NCBI GenBank assembly: GCA_013265495.1
Contig: MU058452.1
Coordinates: forward strand, 62,001 to 126,000
Source of the DNA: Vicugna vicugna
Taxonomy: Eukaryota
Length of the DNA stretch: 64,000 nt
Direction of reading: 5' to 3'
How positions within the stretch are numbered: position 1 is the first letter of the stretch; every line of letters starts with the position of its first letter. Below, in pieces: positions 1 to 11,336 of the stretch. The notes below the pieces were generated by a model. That model was not told the DNA's origin. It was given only the letters and a program-made list of their open reading frames with translations, and did no database searches. The position numbers and the translations under genes were made by a program.

Positions 1-128
1 ATAAGGACAGCAGCATATTGGATTAGGATCCATCCTGTGAAGGCATCGTAACTCGAGTACCTCTAGGAATAAAGACCCTGTCCCAGATAAGGGCCTTTAG
101 GACTTTAACACATGCCTTTAGGGAGGCC
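1..128 (-). mobile_element. MLT1 (ERVL-MaLR) LTR fragment, truncated by window start
   Basis: ataaggac..catattggattagg..aaagaccct..ataagg..ttaggactttaaca matches the antisense MLT1B/C-type LTR text also seen at 35572-35968. Confidence 0.7.
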
Positions 129-939
129 TAACTGATAATTAAGGAAATGCCATAAAGAGATTATAAGCTAACCTTGAATTTTGTAGAAAGAACTATTGTG
201 TAATGCCTTGCTATAAAGAGAAAACTGGGGAGTCAATACAGCTTGGAGATATGTGATGACCACACATTATTGTAGACACTGGAAAATACATTCCAGTGGC
301 TGATCCTCAAAAATATTGTATAGAACTTTTCTGAGGAAATCACATAGATGAAAATATTAATCTTTCTTCTGAATATCTCAAAATACTTTGCCTGCCTTGG
401 ACTTATCTTTTTCCCCTCCCAAAATCTCTTGAGAGGGATATGGGACATCCTCCAGGTGCCGAAACTGAAATGTGTGGAAGGAAGACCATTTGTTGCACAC
501 CAGCTTCACTTTCTAAAAGCAGAGCTTAATCTGCTCTCTGCATTTGGCTTTATTGGAGGTCTGTTTGCTTGACTGGTTAGAGCATGAAAAAGATTATGAG
601 ATTCCAGGTTTGTTGATCTTTAAATGGATTGTGTTCACTAAATAAGCCAAGTAGGGGTGGATCTTGAGGGAAGCCCAAGGATATTCCAGGCTGGGACCTG
701 AGTCAGGTGAGGGCTGTGGTGGCTTTCTCTCAGGGTGAAACACACCACAAAGCTGCTGCCTGCCTATGGCATCAGGATAGGAAGGGGAAATGGAAAAATC
801 TATGCATATTTATATAAAGATACAGGCATAGATCTTTCAATTTCCTCTTCCTGTCCTCATGTGTGTATATATTACATTATAAAAATATATTCTGTAGAAA
901 TATTATAAAATATGTATGTTTTATAGCTCTGTCTGTCTG

Positions 940-1058
940 TCTGAAAAGAATGGTGGACTGGGAGCTGGATTCCAGCCCCCATCCTGCCATTAAACTTCTA
1001 AGTGACTGTAGGCAAAGCCCTCAACCGCCTAGGCATCTGCTTTCTCAGCTGTAAGATC
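940..1058 (+). mobile_element. MIR SINE fragment
   Basis: ctggattccagccccc..ctgcca..gtgactgtaggcaaagccctcaacc..tttctcagctgtaa resembles the MIR core. Confidence 0.6.
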
Positions 1059-1399
1059 AGAATCTTAGCTTGGGTGCCAGGCAAGGCCCCCAGCAACATT
1101 AGAGTCTTAGGGCGGAGATTGTTCCAAATATTAAAAAGCAAAATTTACATGGTTACCCCCTAATGCTAAATCGGCCCTTAAAGAACAGTAATTCTGCCAC
1201 CTGGCCCTAACCTGGTCGTTACTACGACTTGGGGGATGGAAGGGGAGGGGAGTGTCAAGTGTTTTTCAAACAAATCGAAGAGTTCTGCAACACACCTAGC
1301 GCTCACCTCCTCTGGCCTGCCAGCTGCATCCTCCCTCCCCGCCCCTCCCCTCTCCTTCCCTCCCCTCCCCAGGCTCCACTCCTGGAATCCTCATCAGCC

Positions 1400-2950
1400 C
1401 CGCGGAGGGCTGGCCGGGACAGCCGCGGGTTTTAGGTTGTGAACTCCAAAAATGGGAGAGTGAAAAAGCCTCTGCACCCAGGGTCTGCCTCTTCTGAACC
1501 GTTTCGCCGATTGTTAAATGAAGGGAAGTGACAAGGAGCGGGGTCGAGGACTGGACTATTTAAACAGAGGCCCCTTTATCTGCTCCCCCCCACCCCCGCA
1601 GGGCAGCCACCGCAAGTTATCAGTGTCATTAACGGGGACAGCTGCTGGTAAACAAGGAGGATGTCGACACCAGCGCCTCGGTCAATAGGAATTTCACTTT
1701 AATCTGTCCCTTGCTTAAAGCAACACCCCTCTCTTTCTCTCTCCACCGTGCATCATTTATTTATCTCCGTCAACGTGCAGATAGACGGCTGGCATGGACT
1801 CCGGAAAGCCCGCTGGGACGGAAAATTAATAAGGTGCTAGGGACATTCACCTGAGGTCAATTGGAGGGGACGCGGAGGGAAGAGAAAACTCGCTCCGGAG
1901 TTCCCTGCTTAGCTGGAAACCGAGCCTACATATTTATAAAGGTGAAACTGGAGGGCTGCCAAGCGCCGGCATTTAAGTGATTAACAAATGTTTCTCTTTA
2001 AGTGGACACCTCTTGTTCTAAATATATTTGACAAGAATGCAAAGAGTCATCTGGAGGGCGGAAAGGGCACAGCTCCGGCTTTCCCCTGCGAGGCGGCGGG
2101 CGGGATCGCAGCCCCGGCCCCGGGCCCGCGCGCTCCCTGCTCGGTGCCAGCCGAGTTCACGTCGCCGGCGGGCAGGCTGCCAGCGCCAGCGGCTCCCCGC
2201 TGTTTAACGACAATGGATTTACTGCTTCTCTGCATATTGGTGTGATTTTGTATAAACAAGGTTAACACTCCTTTTAAATTAAATGCACCACCTGGTGACT
2301 GAATGGGTGACCTTGCCAGCTCTTTTCACCTGGTTCCGAGGAGAAGCCCAGCCTCTCGCTCTGATTTCAACCCGGAGCTCTCGCTGGGAATCTCCATCCC
2401 TCCTCGTTGAAACTGGGTTTCTGCAGGGAGCGGACGGATCCCTCGCGCTCCGACCCGGCCGTGGGAGGCCAGGTCCCACGCGGGTACTAGGTGCGCCCTG
2501 CGGGTGCGCCCCATCCCGCCACGTTGCACGCCGCGCCGGTCGGATCCAGGCCGGGCCCCGGAACCGCGCGGCTGCCGCCCGCACGACAGCTCAGGGGACC
2601 GCCCTGGTCGATGGGGCAGTCGGTGTCACAGGAGAGTGACAGACGGCCTTGCGGGACCCTGCCAAGGCTGCTTCCAAAATAGGGATCTCCAGAGGGGGCA
2701 ACACCGTGAAAAAGGTTCTTTGTGCTTCACTCTAGCGTGGTATTGATCTAATATAGGGCTCGGCGCTCTCCCCACCCTCTAGGAATTTGAACACCTGGAA
2801 AAATTCTCCCGGCTTTACATTTGAGGAAATTTAATGGTGTAAACAAACTCAGCAGGAAGCCCCCTTTGATACGAGAAGGCAGATCTGTGGTGCGGAGCTG
2901 AACGGGCTTGAAACGATTTTGCCTGGGAACGGCCATTCCGCAAACGGTTT
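1400..2950. promoter_or_regulatory. CpG island (core about 2070-2670), no coding exon recognised; orphan CGI / developmental enhancer-promoter
   Basis: Dense CpG and high GC (e.g. gccccggccccgggcccgcgcg, cgccgcgccggtcgg) against a CpG-depleted background; no interspersed repeats; GC-box ccccgcccc just upstream at about 1337-1345. Confidence 0.8.
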
Positions 2951-3984
2951 AAGGATGGCTTGGAGTTGTTTAAGGGAAATTGAGACAGACAGCGCTGTTC
3001 TGGGAACATCTAGAAACTCCGTCTAGAAATTTCAAACAAAATAAACTTTAGTTACTCATGTAATTAAAGGCATCTCCTCACCTCCTCCTTGCTACTTGCC
3101 GCCTTCTGAATTCGGCAGAATTATTCAGTCTTGGCTGTTTCCCCTTAGCTTGCATTCTGGACGGGGTTTGTCCGCCCTATCGCGTTGCAAAGAAGGGAAT
3201 CAGACCTGGAGAGGTGCTGTGACTTCCTCAGGGTCCCCTGATCCAGAATCCAAGGCTCCAAGCCTGGAAGTCCCATGTCGTCATTGGCTGTGTTCTTGGG
3301 GCTCCTGTTCCATCTACCAGGATGTACTGATGAGCTATAAGCATTGGATATTTGTTTATAGTCTTAGCAGCGTAGAAGTAACCGGTCAAATAGCGTCTGC
3401 TTAAGGTTTCCTTAGTAGCTCAAATTGGAATAATAGGCATGTCTCTGGAATGAGTAAGTGATGGAATTTTAATTACTAAAAGTCTAACAATTTTATATAA
3501 ATTTTCTTAAAATTGCATCTGAATTCAGATTTATTAACACTTTTCAATGCTTGAGGCAAAAATGTGGCCTTTCTTCCAACATCTCCCTAAAGGGTACACT
3601 TCGTGTGTGTGTTGGAGCTGGTGTTAATAAAACAACTTAACATTAATAAAATCCATTGTCCATACTCGGTTAAGTGTTGTAGCCTGTTTAATGGTATTAA
3701 ATATTCAGTGTAGACATTACAGGGTTTGAATTCCCTCCTTGTGAAACATCGATGGAGTGCTAGGTTTTGGGGACACAAACATGAATAAGGCACAGCCTTA
3801 TTCGATGAGTTAAGGACCGAGGGAAATGGATGTGTAAAGAACTGCCGTGGGTGAAGGAAGCGTGCTGCAGAGGGCCGGTAACTCTGGGCATCCCAGGAAC
3901 TTCACAGAGCAGGCAGTGCTGCATTCTAGGCAATTTCTTTGTGTTACTGTGAAACAAGGCAGAATAAAAAGATATTTACCATAG

Positions 3985-4172
3985 CTCATACAGTGACCAC
4001 TGTTTGCCTGGCATCCTCTAAACCACTTGGCATAATTCTCAACAACCTTATGAAACAGGGACTGTTATCAATCCCCCTTCACATGTAGAGAAAATGAGGT
4101 ATGGAGAAATGAAGTCACTCCACTGATGTTTCACAAGGAGGAAATTCAAACCCAAGCAGTCTGGCTGGAGCC
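3985..4172 (-). mobile_element. MIR SINE
   Basis: ctcaacaaccttatgaa..ttatcaatccccc..gaaaatgagg..gaagtcact..attcaaacccaagcagtctggct is antisense MIR. Confidence 0.75.
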
Positions 4173-5229
4173 TGCCCGGTGGTGCTGCTCATCTGTGAGT
4201 CCACGGGCATTGTACTGGTTCTGCTATATGTTACTTTATTCCTTTCAGTCCATTTTCTAGGAACTAGCTACCCTAATGGGACATAAACTATTACAAATTA
4301 TTCATTGCCAGACATTGTTACGGGCTTTATATTCAATCAGCTAATTACCTTCTTCCCCCAAACCCTGTGAAATGGACATGTCCTCATTTCACAGGTACTG
4401 AAACTGGACACTTCTCCATCATCGTAGTCAGAACCATCATCAATTTTATCTTCATCATGTTAAATAAACTCATTGAATCACAATCCAGAGAGTCCTTAGG
4501 GGTGTAAGACTTCCTAGGACAGGAAACATTTCAAACACTCTTTTCCACCTTAAGACCAGATTCCCAGACTTCCGACTGGATGTAGAAGGCACAGAAACTG
4601 TCATAGTAAACACACAGCAACTGAGATAGACCCAGAGAGAAATGAACACCTTTACGGAACAAGGGGGTTTTGTGAAGAGATTAGAGCAGAAATTGCAGGA
4701 GGGAATAATGGCTGAGAACGGGGCTGTCAGGAATACAAGAGGGAATGTCTAGCTAGTCCTGAAGTAGAACTTCCTTAGGGAAAACAGATTTCTGTTACCT
4801 GCTGGAAGCTGCTCGCAGAATATGAAGCAAATCACTTCTCAATAAAAGTTTTTTTTTCTTAGAATATTTGCCACTGTGACACCCATCCTCCACCTTGTCC
4901 CACGGCTCCAAGTAACACCCTCTCACCACCCCAGTAAATATACTTTGGGTCAGAAGATCCAGCCACTTCTCTGAACCTCAAACCAGGTTGAGGAATGAAG
5001 AGGTGTTGCCCGGTCATTGTCTGGTTTTGTTTCAGTGATTACATATCATATCTACTGATTTTTTTCCGATTATATAAAAACAATATTATATAATAATAAA
5101 GGAAATTAGGAAAACTATGAAGAAGAAAACAGAAACTCATTGAAAAGCCCATTGCAGCAAATATTTTGGCGTTATTTCTTCCAGTCTTTTTAGCTAACAT
5201 ACATGAATTTTGTTGAGAAAAATAAAACA

Positions 5230-5530
5230 CACATGATTAGGATCGTTGTCATGCGGTTTTTTCAATGTTACTTTTCCACTCCATAACATTCTTCTACTGT
5301 CAAATAGTCTTGAAATGTGTCATTTTTGAGGATTATGTAATAGTCATTGTAAGTATTTATTATGGTTTTACCTAATACAGATTAATAACATCCTTATTCC
5401 TGGATAGCTTGGTTATTTCTAATTGTTGCTATTATAAATAGCCTTGCATATATATTTTGGCTGCCTTTATGATTTTCCTCCCTTCAGATGGATTCCTTCA
5501 AGTGGAATTATTGGATCAAAAAAAATTTCA
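5230..5530 (-). mobile_element. Old L1 (L1M-type) fragment
   Basis: ttgctattataaatagc..gattccttcaagtggaattattggatcaaa resembles the antisense L1M ORF2 3' end / 3' UTR. Confidence 0.55.
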
Positions 5531-5611
5531 TTTTTGCTGTTTCATCAGAAATATGAACATGCATAACATAAGTGAATTTGGAGGGTCTAGAATAAGAAAG
5601 GAAAGTAGAAA

Positions 5612-6151
5612 TGTAATAGAAAAGAACAAATCTGACTTCATATTAGATCTGTTGCTTTGGCTCGAACCCTGTGCTCTGCTTCCTGATTCTAGACTTGCTG
5701 GTTCTGCACCTTCACCTTTTGTTAAAAAAATGTTGCCTAGAGCCGGAAATATATAGGATAGCCCATTCGCAAGGTTCTGAGAGGATATGAACATTTTCCC
5801 ATTCATATAAAGATAACAAGCTGCAGAGTAGAAAATAACGTTTGTTTTGTTGGAGGTTTACAGAGACACCATGATCAGACACCACATGGACAGCTGCAAG
5901 AACAAAGGGTTCCATGAACAAAGAATTCCTACACCAAGAAGTTTGCAAGAACCAAGCGTCTCCCCTGTCCTTTTTAGTATAAAAAAAGCCTGAATTCTGA
6001 CTTGGGGAAGATGGTTCTCTGGGACACTAGTCTGCTATCTTCTCAGCCTGCTGCCTTTCTGAATAAAGTTGTTATTCCTTGCCTCAATACCATGTCCCCC
6101 GATTTACTGGTCTGTGGCGTGGTGAGCAGAATGAGTTTGGACTCAGTTACA
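5612..6151 (+). mobile_element. ERV1-type solo LTR (family A, copy 1)
   Basis: TG...CA termini (tgtaatagaaaagaac...cagttaca), TATA-like gtataaaa at about 5977, AATAAA at 6062, flanks gaaa/gaag (3 of 4 match); homologous end to end to 9645-10165. Confidence 0.9.
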
Positions 6152-8094
6152 GAAGTGTTTGCAAATTTTGTTGCTATGCTTGTTAAGGTCTATAAAAATT
6201 ATAAAAAAATACACCTTTTTATCAAACAAGGAAAAGCAGGTTGAATTATCTTCTGTATTTCACCCTGAGACTTCCATCGTATCATATGTTGTCATCTTTG
6301 GGGTTGGATTTCTGCCTTTTGGGTATTAACAAGAAAAAAAAAAAGATATACAGTGGGGATGTTAGAGCTCAAAATACCCGCTGTGATTTGGAATCATCCG
6401 AAAGGGACTTAAATGTTCTAGTTTGTCAAGTACCCAGTCTCATTTGTATTTTTCAAGAACACAAGATAGGCAGAGCAGCAATTATAATAGCAACAATTAG
6501 AAATAACCAACCTACCCAGGAATAAGGATGTTATTAATCTGTGTAACAAAACTTTCACGAGCATTTATTGAGTCTGGAGTCATAAGCTATTAAGTGGTAC
6601 TCTCAGGGCCAAAAAAAGACATTATAGCTTTCCAAGGCATCTAACTTTCTGTCACTTCATGCCTGAATGAATTTGCATTGCTCCCTTGAAGTTATGTTTG
6701 ACAGTGTTCAATGTAACTTCTTTCAGTTTGGGAGGAAAAGGACCCATAATTTGTTGTTAGAGCTCCTGGATTGCCCCCTACTACCTGCTTACCCGTATTG
6801 GACTCAAGCCCTTCCTCGTTCCCCACTTATCTGCCTGGACCACAGTCTGCTGGATGTTCCTATTAAGTGTGATACCCCATGTTACCTGCCTGTACCGCTT
6901 TGCATCTGCTGTGGTTGGACTCTGCTTTCTGCTAGAGGTTGGTCAAGGTCACCATGCACTTCACCTCCTCTGTTCTGGCTCTCACGCCCTGCTCTTGGAC
7001 AAAAGTCACATTTGAGTGGAAAGCTTTTCTATTTAACTAAGGACAGTGTTGAACGGATTTTGCTTGAATGAAATGAAACGGAGCCTGAATTTATCTGGAA
7101 GTGTGGAATCAGCAGAGAGAAATAAACACAGCTCTAGGGAAGTGGAAAAACCACTGTGTAGAATTTTGCCATTTTTCACTCCCAGGGATTTGGGCGTTAT
7201 TGTAAAGAAGCATGTTTTCAAACCCACCGATAATAGAACCAATCTGTATTCAACGTGGATGGGGCTTCCATTGGGAAAGTCGAGGTTCTTTTTCCATTTT
7301 TGCCCAAATAGAGAAGCTCTTCACAGCTCCGAGCTTCTGCCCTCTGACCCCGTGCCATGCTGGAAGATGTTAGATATAATCTCACAGAATAGCCTCTGTC
7401 CCTTCTGTGGGGAGTCAGACGGTTCCTATGGGGGTGGGGGTGGTGATGGTGGTGGGGGTGATGACATAAAACAACAGCTCACCAGAGAAACAGCTGCAAA
7501 TGCAGGGGAAGTATGCGAAAGCCCTCTATTTGTCTTTCCTCTGTCTGTGTTAATCAGGCTTATAAGTTGCAAACAGCAGAATTCACTGTAGCTAGTTGAA
7601 GTAGAAAATGGATTTAATGAAGAAAATGAGTGGCTCACAGAATCGCTGAGAGGGACTGGAGAACCAGATCTGAGGCTAAGTTTCTAGACATATATCCCAC
7701 ATCAGGCCACAAAATGGCAGCGTGAGAAGACAGTTGGACTGGGTCCTTCCTGAGCAGAAGACTCAAAGACCTTTTCTGCAGCCACCGCTGCTGCCCACAT
7801 GGATGGAGGCCAAGCCTGCACTGGGAACACAGCTTCGCAGCCCAAAGCCAGAGGCTGATAATGCCACCCATTCCAAGAACATTGGAAGCTCCACCAGGAG
7901 CCTGAATCAAATTCTCAACCAGGGGTGTCTCATGAAGGTGGGTTCTCGGGAGACTCAAGGGAGCCTGGGAATTTGAACCCTGGTTTCTACACTGGGTTTG
8001 GGGGTCATGTGCAGATTCCTCAGCTTTGCTGTCTAGCACGCACATTTATTCAACAGGAAGATGTCTTCCCTGTTCTCACTGTGAAACTTGTGAT

Positions 8095-8340
8095 GGAGCG
8101 AAATGGCTGAATGCGTGAGCTTCAGAATCAGTCCACGTAGAGTCACACCCTTGCCCTGTCTGTTGCTCTCTGACTAAGTCACGTCGCCTCTCTTTCTTTC
8201 TCATCTGTGCCCCAACTTCCCTGTCTGTAAAATACAAATAATACCATATACTTTGGAGGAGTGACAAGAATTTAAGCCAACATAGACATAAAACCCTCAG
8301 TGTAGTTCTTTGTAATGGAGTGAGCATTCAGTAGATGGTG
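8095..8340 (+). mobile_element. MIR SINE
   Basis: tttctcatctgt..ctgtctgtaaaatacaaataatacc..gtgagcattcagtagatgg resembles the MIR core and 3' end. Confidence 0.65.
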
Positions 8341-9644
8341 GTCCTCATTTGAATTCCTAGTAATAAGGGTGAAAGTCTATGGTTTGAAAAAGAAATAAGA
8401 AAAAAAGAAAACACACTTATTATCCAAAGCCATATGTTAACAATAATAATCCCATTAATCACAAACCAGCCTCTCCCAAGCTACCCAAGTTCAACTTAAC
8501 GTTTGCTATAAGATATTTCGGTTCGTACAGGGGATTATATGGCAATAGCTGAACAATGGGAAAGTTTGAGGTCAGATGCTTCCTCGACTGTTTCCAAAAT
8601 AAACAGTTAGAGGAAGTTCACGCCCATTGGCATGAAAGCTTGAAGCAGGGCTGGGGGGCTGAGGAGGGGGCTCTGTTACTCTAAGTTCTCTACAGGAGGT
8701 GAGGGAGCGGATCAATACGTGGTTAAGTGTTTTAGCCACACTTTTATTATGTTTGACAGCGATGACAACGTAATACACACTGAATAAAATGACGAATGCG
8801 CACAATTTCTCCCTCTCATACACACTGCTTCTATTTTTCTCCCGAACCTCCTGAGTGAAAGCTAGTCATACCAGAAGCATGCAGAGTGGGAGTTCAGATT
8901 GGCCAGGGCCAAAATTACCCATGAATTCCACATTTCCAGAGTTGCAGAGGGGGACGTAACTACTCAAGGGGGAGAGAACAAAAAGGCTACATGTTCAATA
9001 GTTAATAGTCTCATCGACTGGGAAAGCCCTACTTGGTCACACATATTTCTTCATTTCTTTATCATCAGGCTGTGTCTTGTTCCCATGATGCGGGCAGAGT
9101 TCACGGACAAAGGAGTCAGAAAAAAATAAACAAACAGAGCTAAATATACTTACGTAGATTTATGTAATACGGGGCTCAACTTTTATTTTTTAATGCTTTT
9201 ACTCAAGCAACTTCACAAAATCACAGTTAGATGCCACCCACTTCTACCTCTTGGCTGATCCCCAGATGTTTCCACTTGGACTTGAGGCCCACCAGGCAGC
9301 ATCCAGATGTTTTGAGGGGGCAGAGGAAGTTCTTTCATTTGCGGCAAATTTGAGAAGTGAAGATTCATTGACTCATGTAATATTAATCTTCCTACACAAA
9401 GAATTTGGGACCAAGCTGTTTGCCCACTTTCCCAGTCCCGTGTAGGGTCATTTAACTAGGGTGGGCAGTGGGAAACCCATTTGGCTGGGATTTTGTACGG
9501 ATGGCACTGAATTCCAAAATACCTACCACAGTTTCTGATTAGCCCTATGCAACTCTTTCTGTTCTTTTAAAAGCTATTTCATAGAGAAGGAGGAAACTTC
9601 CAGGCTTTTTGGAAGTGTTTCCTTATAATTTTGGACCACGTCAC

Positions 9645-10165
9645 TGTGATAGGGAAGAACGAATGCTGACTCCATGTTGGATCTGTTCTTTTAGCTCTAA
9701 CCCTGTGCTCTGTTTCCTGGACTTAATCCTGCTGGTTCTGCACCTTTTGTGAAAGAATGTTGCCTACTGCCTGAAGTATACAGGACAGCCATGCTCAAGG
9801 CTCTCACCTTTAAGGGTGTAATACTTTTCCATCTATATTGAGATAAAATGTTGCAGAACAGAGAATAACGTTTGTCTTGTTGGAGGTTTACAGGAACACC
9901 ATGCCCTGACCCACGTGGACAGCTGCAAGAACAAAGAGTTCCTACACCAAGAAGTTTGCAACAACCAACCACAGCCCCTCCCCTTCTTAGTATAAAAGGA
10001 AGCTGAATTCTGACTTGGGGAAGATGATTCTCTAGGACTTTAGTCCCCCATCTTCTCAGTTCTGCTGGCTTTCTGAATAAAATTGTCATTCCTTGCCCCA
10101 GCACCTCATCTCCTGATTTATTGGCTTGTCATGTGGCGAGCAGAACGAGTTTGGATACAGTAACA
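9645..10165 (+). mobile_element. ERV1-type solo LTR (family A, copy 2)
   Basis: tgtgatagggaagaac...cagtaaca, perfect 4-bp TSD TCAC (9641-9644 and 10166-10169), agtataaaa and AATAAA in the same order as copy 1. Confidence 0.92.
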
Positions 10166-10169
10166 TCAC

Positions 10170-10868
10170 CACCACCATGACCATCTCATGCTTGGTCTCC
10201 TGAAATCCTCTCCTAAGATTTGCTCTGGAATCCTGTTGCTCTTCTAAATACCCTCCCGTGGCTGCTCATCTCATTAGAACAGCAAATCTTTACAAAGCAG
10301 ATCTTGTCAACAACTTCATAATCTGTTTCCTGTTTATCTCTGATTCAGTTTCATTTCATCTTCCTGCCTCACTGACACCTCCTGTTCCTGGCCCTGCTGC
10401 CTTGCTTCCTCTGCTTCATTCATACTACCTTTCTATTACTCATACAAGATTTGCACACTCCTGCCTGGATGAGTGGGTGGATGGGTGGGAATTCTTTCTC
10501 TGTTGTGTGTTCCCTTTATCCAAAATGTTCTTCCCTGGATGTTCCCATGGCCTGGCTCCACATTTCACTCAGGTCTTTGCCCAAGAGTTAACTGTTTGGA
10601 AAAACCTTTCATTTTCACTCTTGGTAAAATATCAGTGGCCCCCAACGAGTCCCTGATTTAACTCTCTCCTACTCACCATTTCATACTATGGCCTGACATA
10701 ACAAATAATTATGTGCTTAATTGATCCTGTCTGTCTGTCTCTATCAGAATCTAAACTCCAAGAGGGTAAGATATATGTCTGTTCTATTTCTTGCTGTATG
10801 TCCACGGCTGAGAACTGGACCTCACACAAGCTGGGGATTCACTCAACAAACACTTGTTGGATGAATAA
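10170..10868 (+). mobile_element. L2 LINE 3' fragment
   Basis: Pyrimidine-rich L2 text ending gaatctaaactccaagagggtaag..cactcaacaaacacttgttggatgaat, the characteristic L2 3' terminus. Confidence 0.75.
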
Positions 10869-11104
10869 GCACCGTTACTTTTATGTTTATATTCTCACGT
10901 AGTTTGTGAGAAATCTGCTCACACTTTATGGACATCACTGGGACTCTGGTACGCTTCCACTTACAATGCCTGTTTTCCTGAAGAATTAGCTGAGGAATGG
11001 AGTAAACCAGATGTTTTCAGAGCAGCCATTCAATGATCAGAACCAGGACTTCGCTCTTTTGCTGTTTCTTTGCAATAAATCAATATGGGTCCTTATTAAA
11101 AAAT

Positions 11105-11336
11105 AAATAATAAGTCCTAGAGATATAATATACAGCATAGTTAATAAGACTGTATTATATTTTTGAAAGTTGCTAAGAAAGTAGATCTTAAGTGTTCATC
11201 ACAAGAAAAAAATATTTGTGACTATGTGTGGTGATGGATGTCAATGTGATTGTTTCACAGTATATACAAATATTGAACCATTATGCTGTACACCTGAAAC
11301 TAATATATTATATGTCAATTACATCTCAGTCAAAAA
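11105..11336 (+). mobile_element. L1 3' end (L1MA9-like)
   Basis: gaaagttgctaagaaagtagatcttaa..atgtgtggtgatggatg..tgtacacctgaaactaatata..tatgtcaattacatctca followed by an A tail. Confidence 0.85.

Noticed and set aside
1988..2746. Overlapping Pro/Ala/Gly/Arg-rich ORFs in the CpG island
   Set aside because: Expected stop-codon scarcity in GC-rich DNA; no recognisable domain or consistent exon structure
7046..7591. Longest ORF (181 aa), lying between the two family A LTRs, as a retroviral or host gene
   Set aside because: Non-ATG start, no gag/pol/env motifs or other homology I recognise; the Gly run comes from a (GGT)n low-complexity tract
9697..10104. 135-aa minus-strand ORF with similarity to ORFs at 5528-5948
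   Set aside because: The similarity only reflects antisense reading of two homologous LTRs; frames are not preserved between copies
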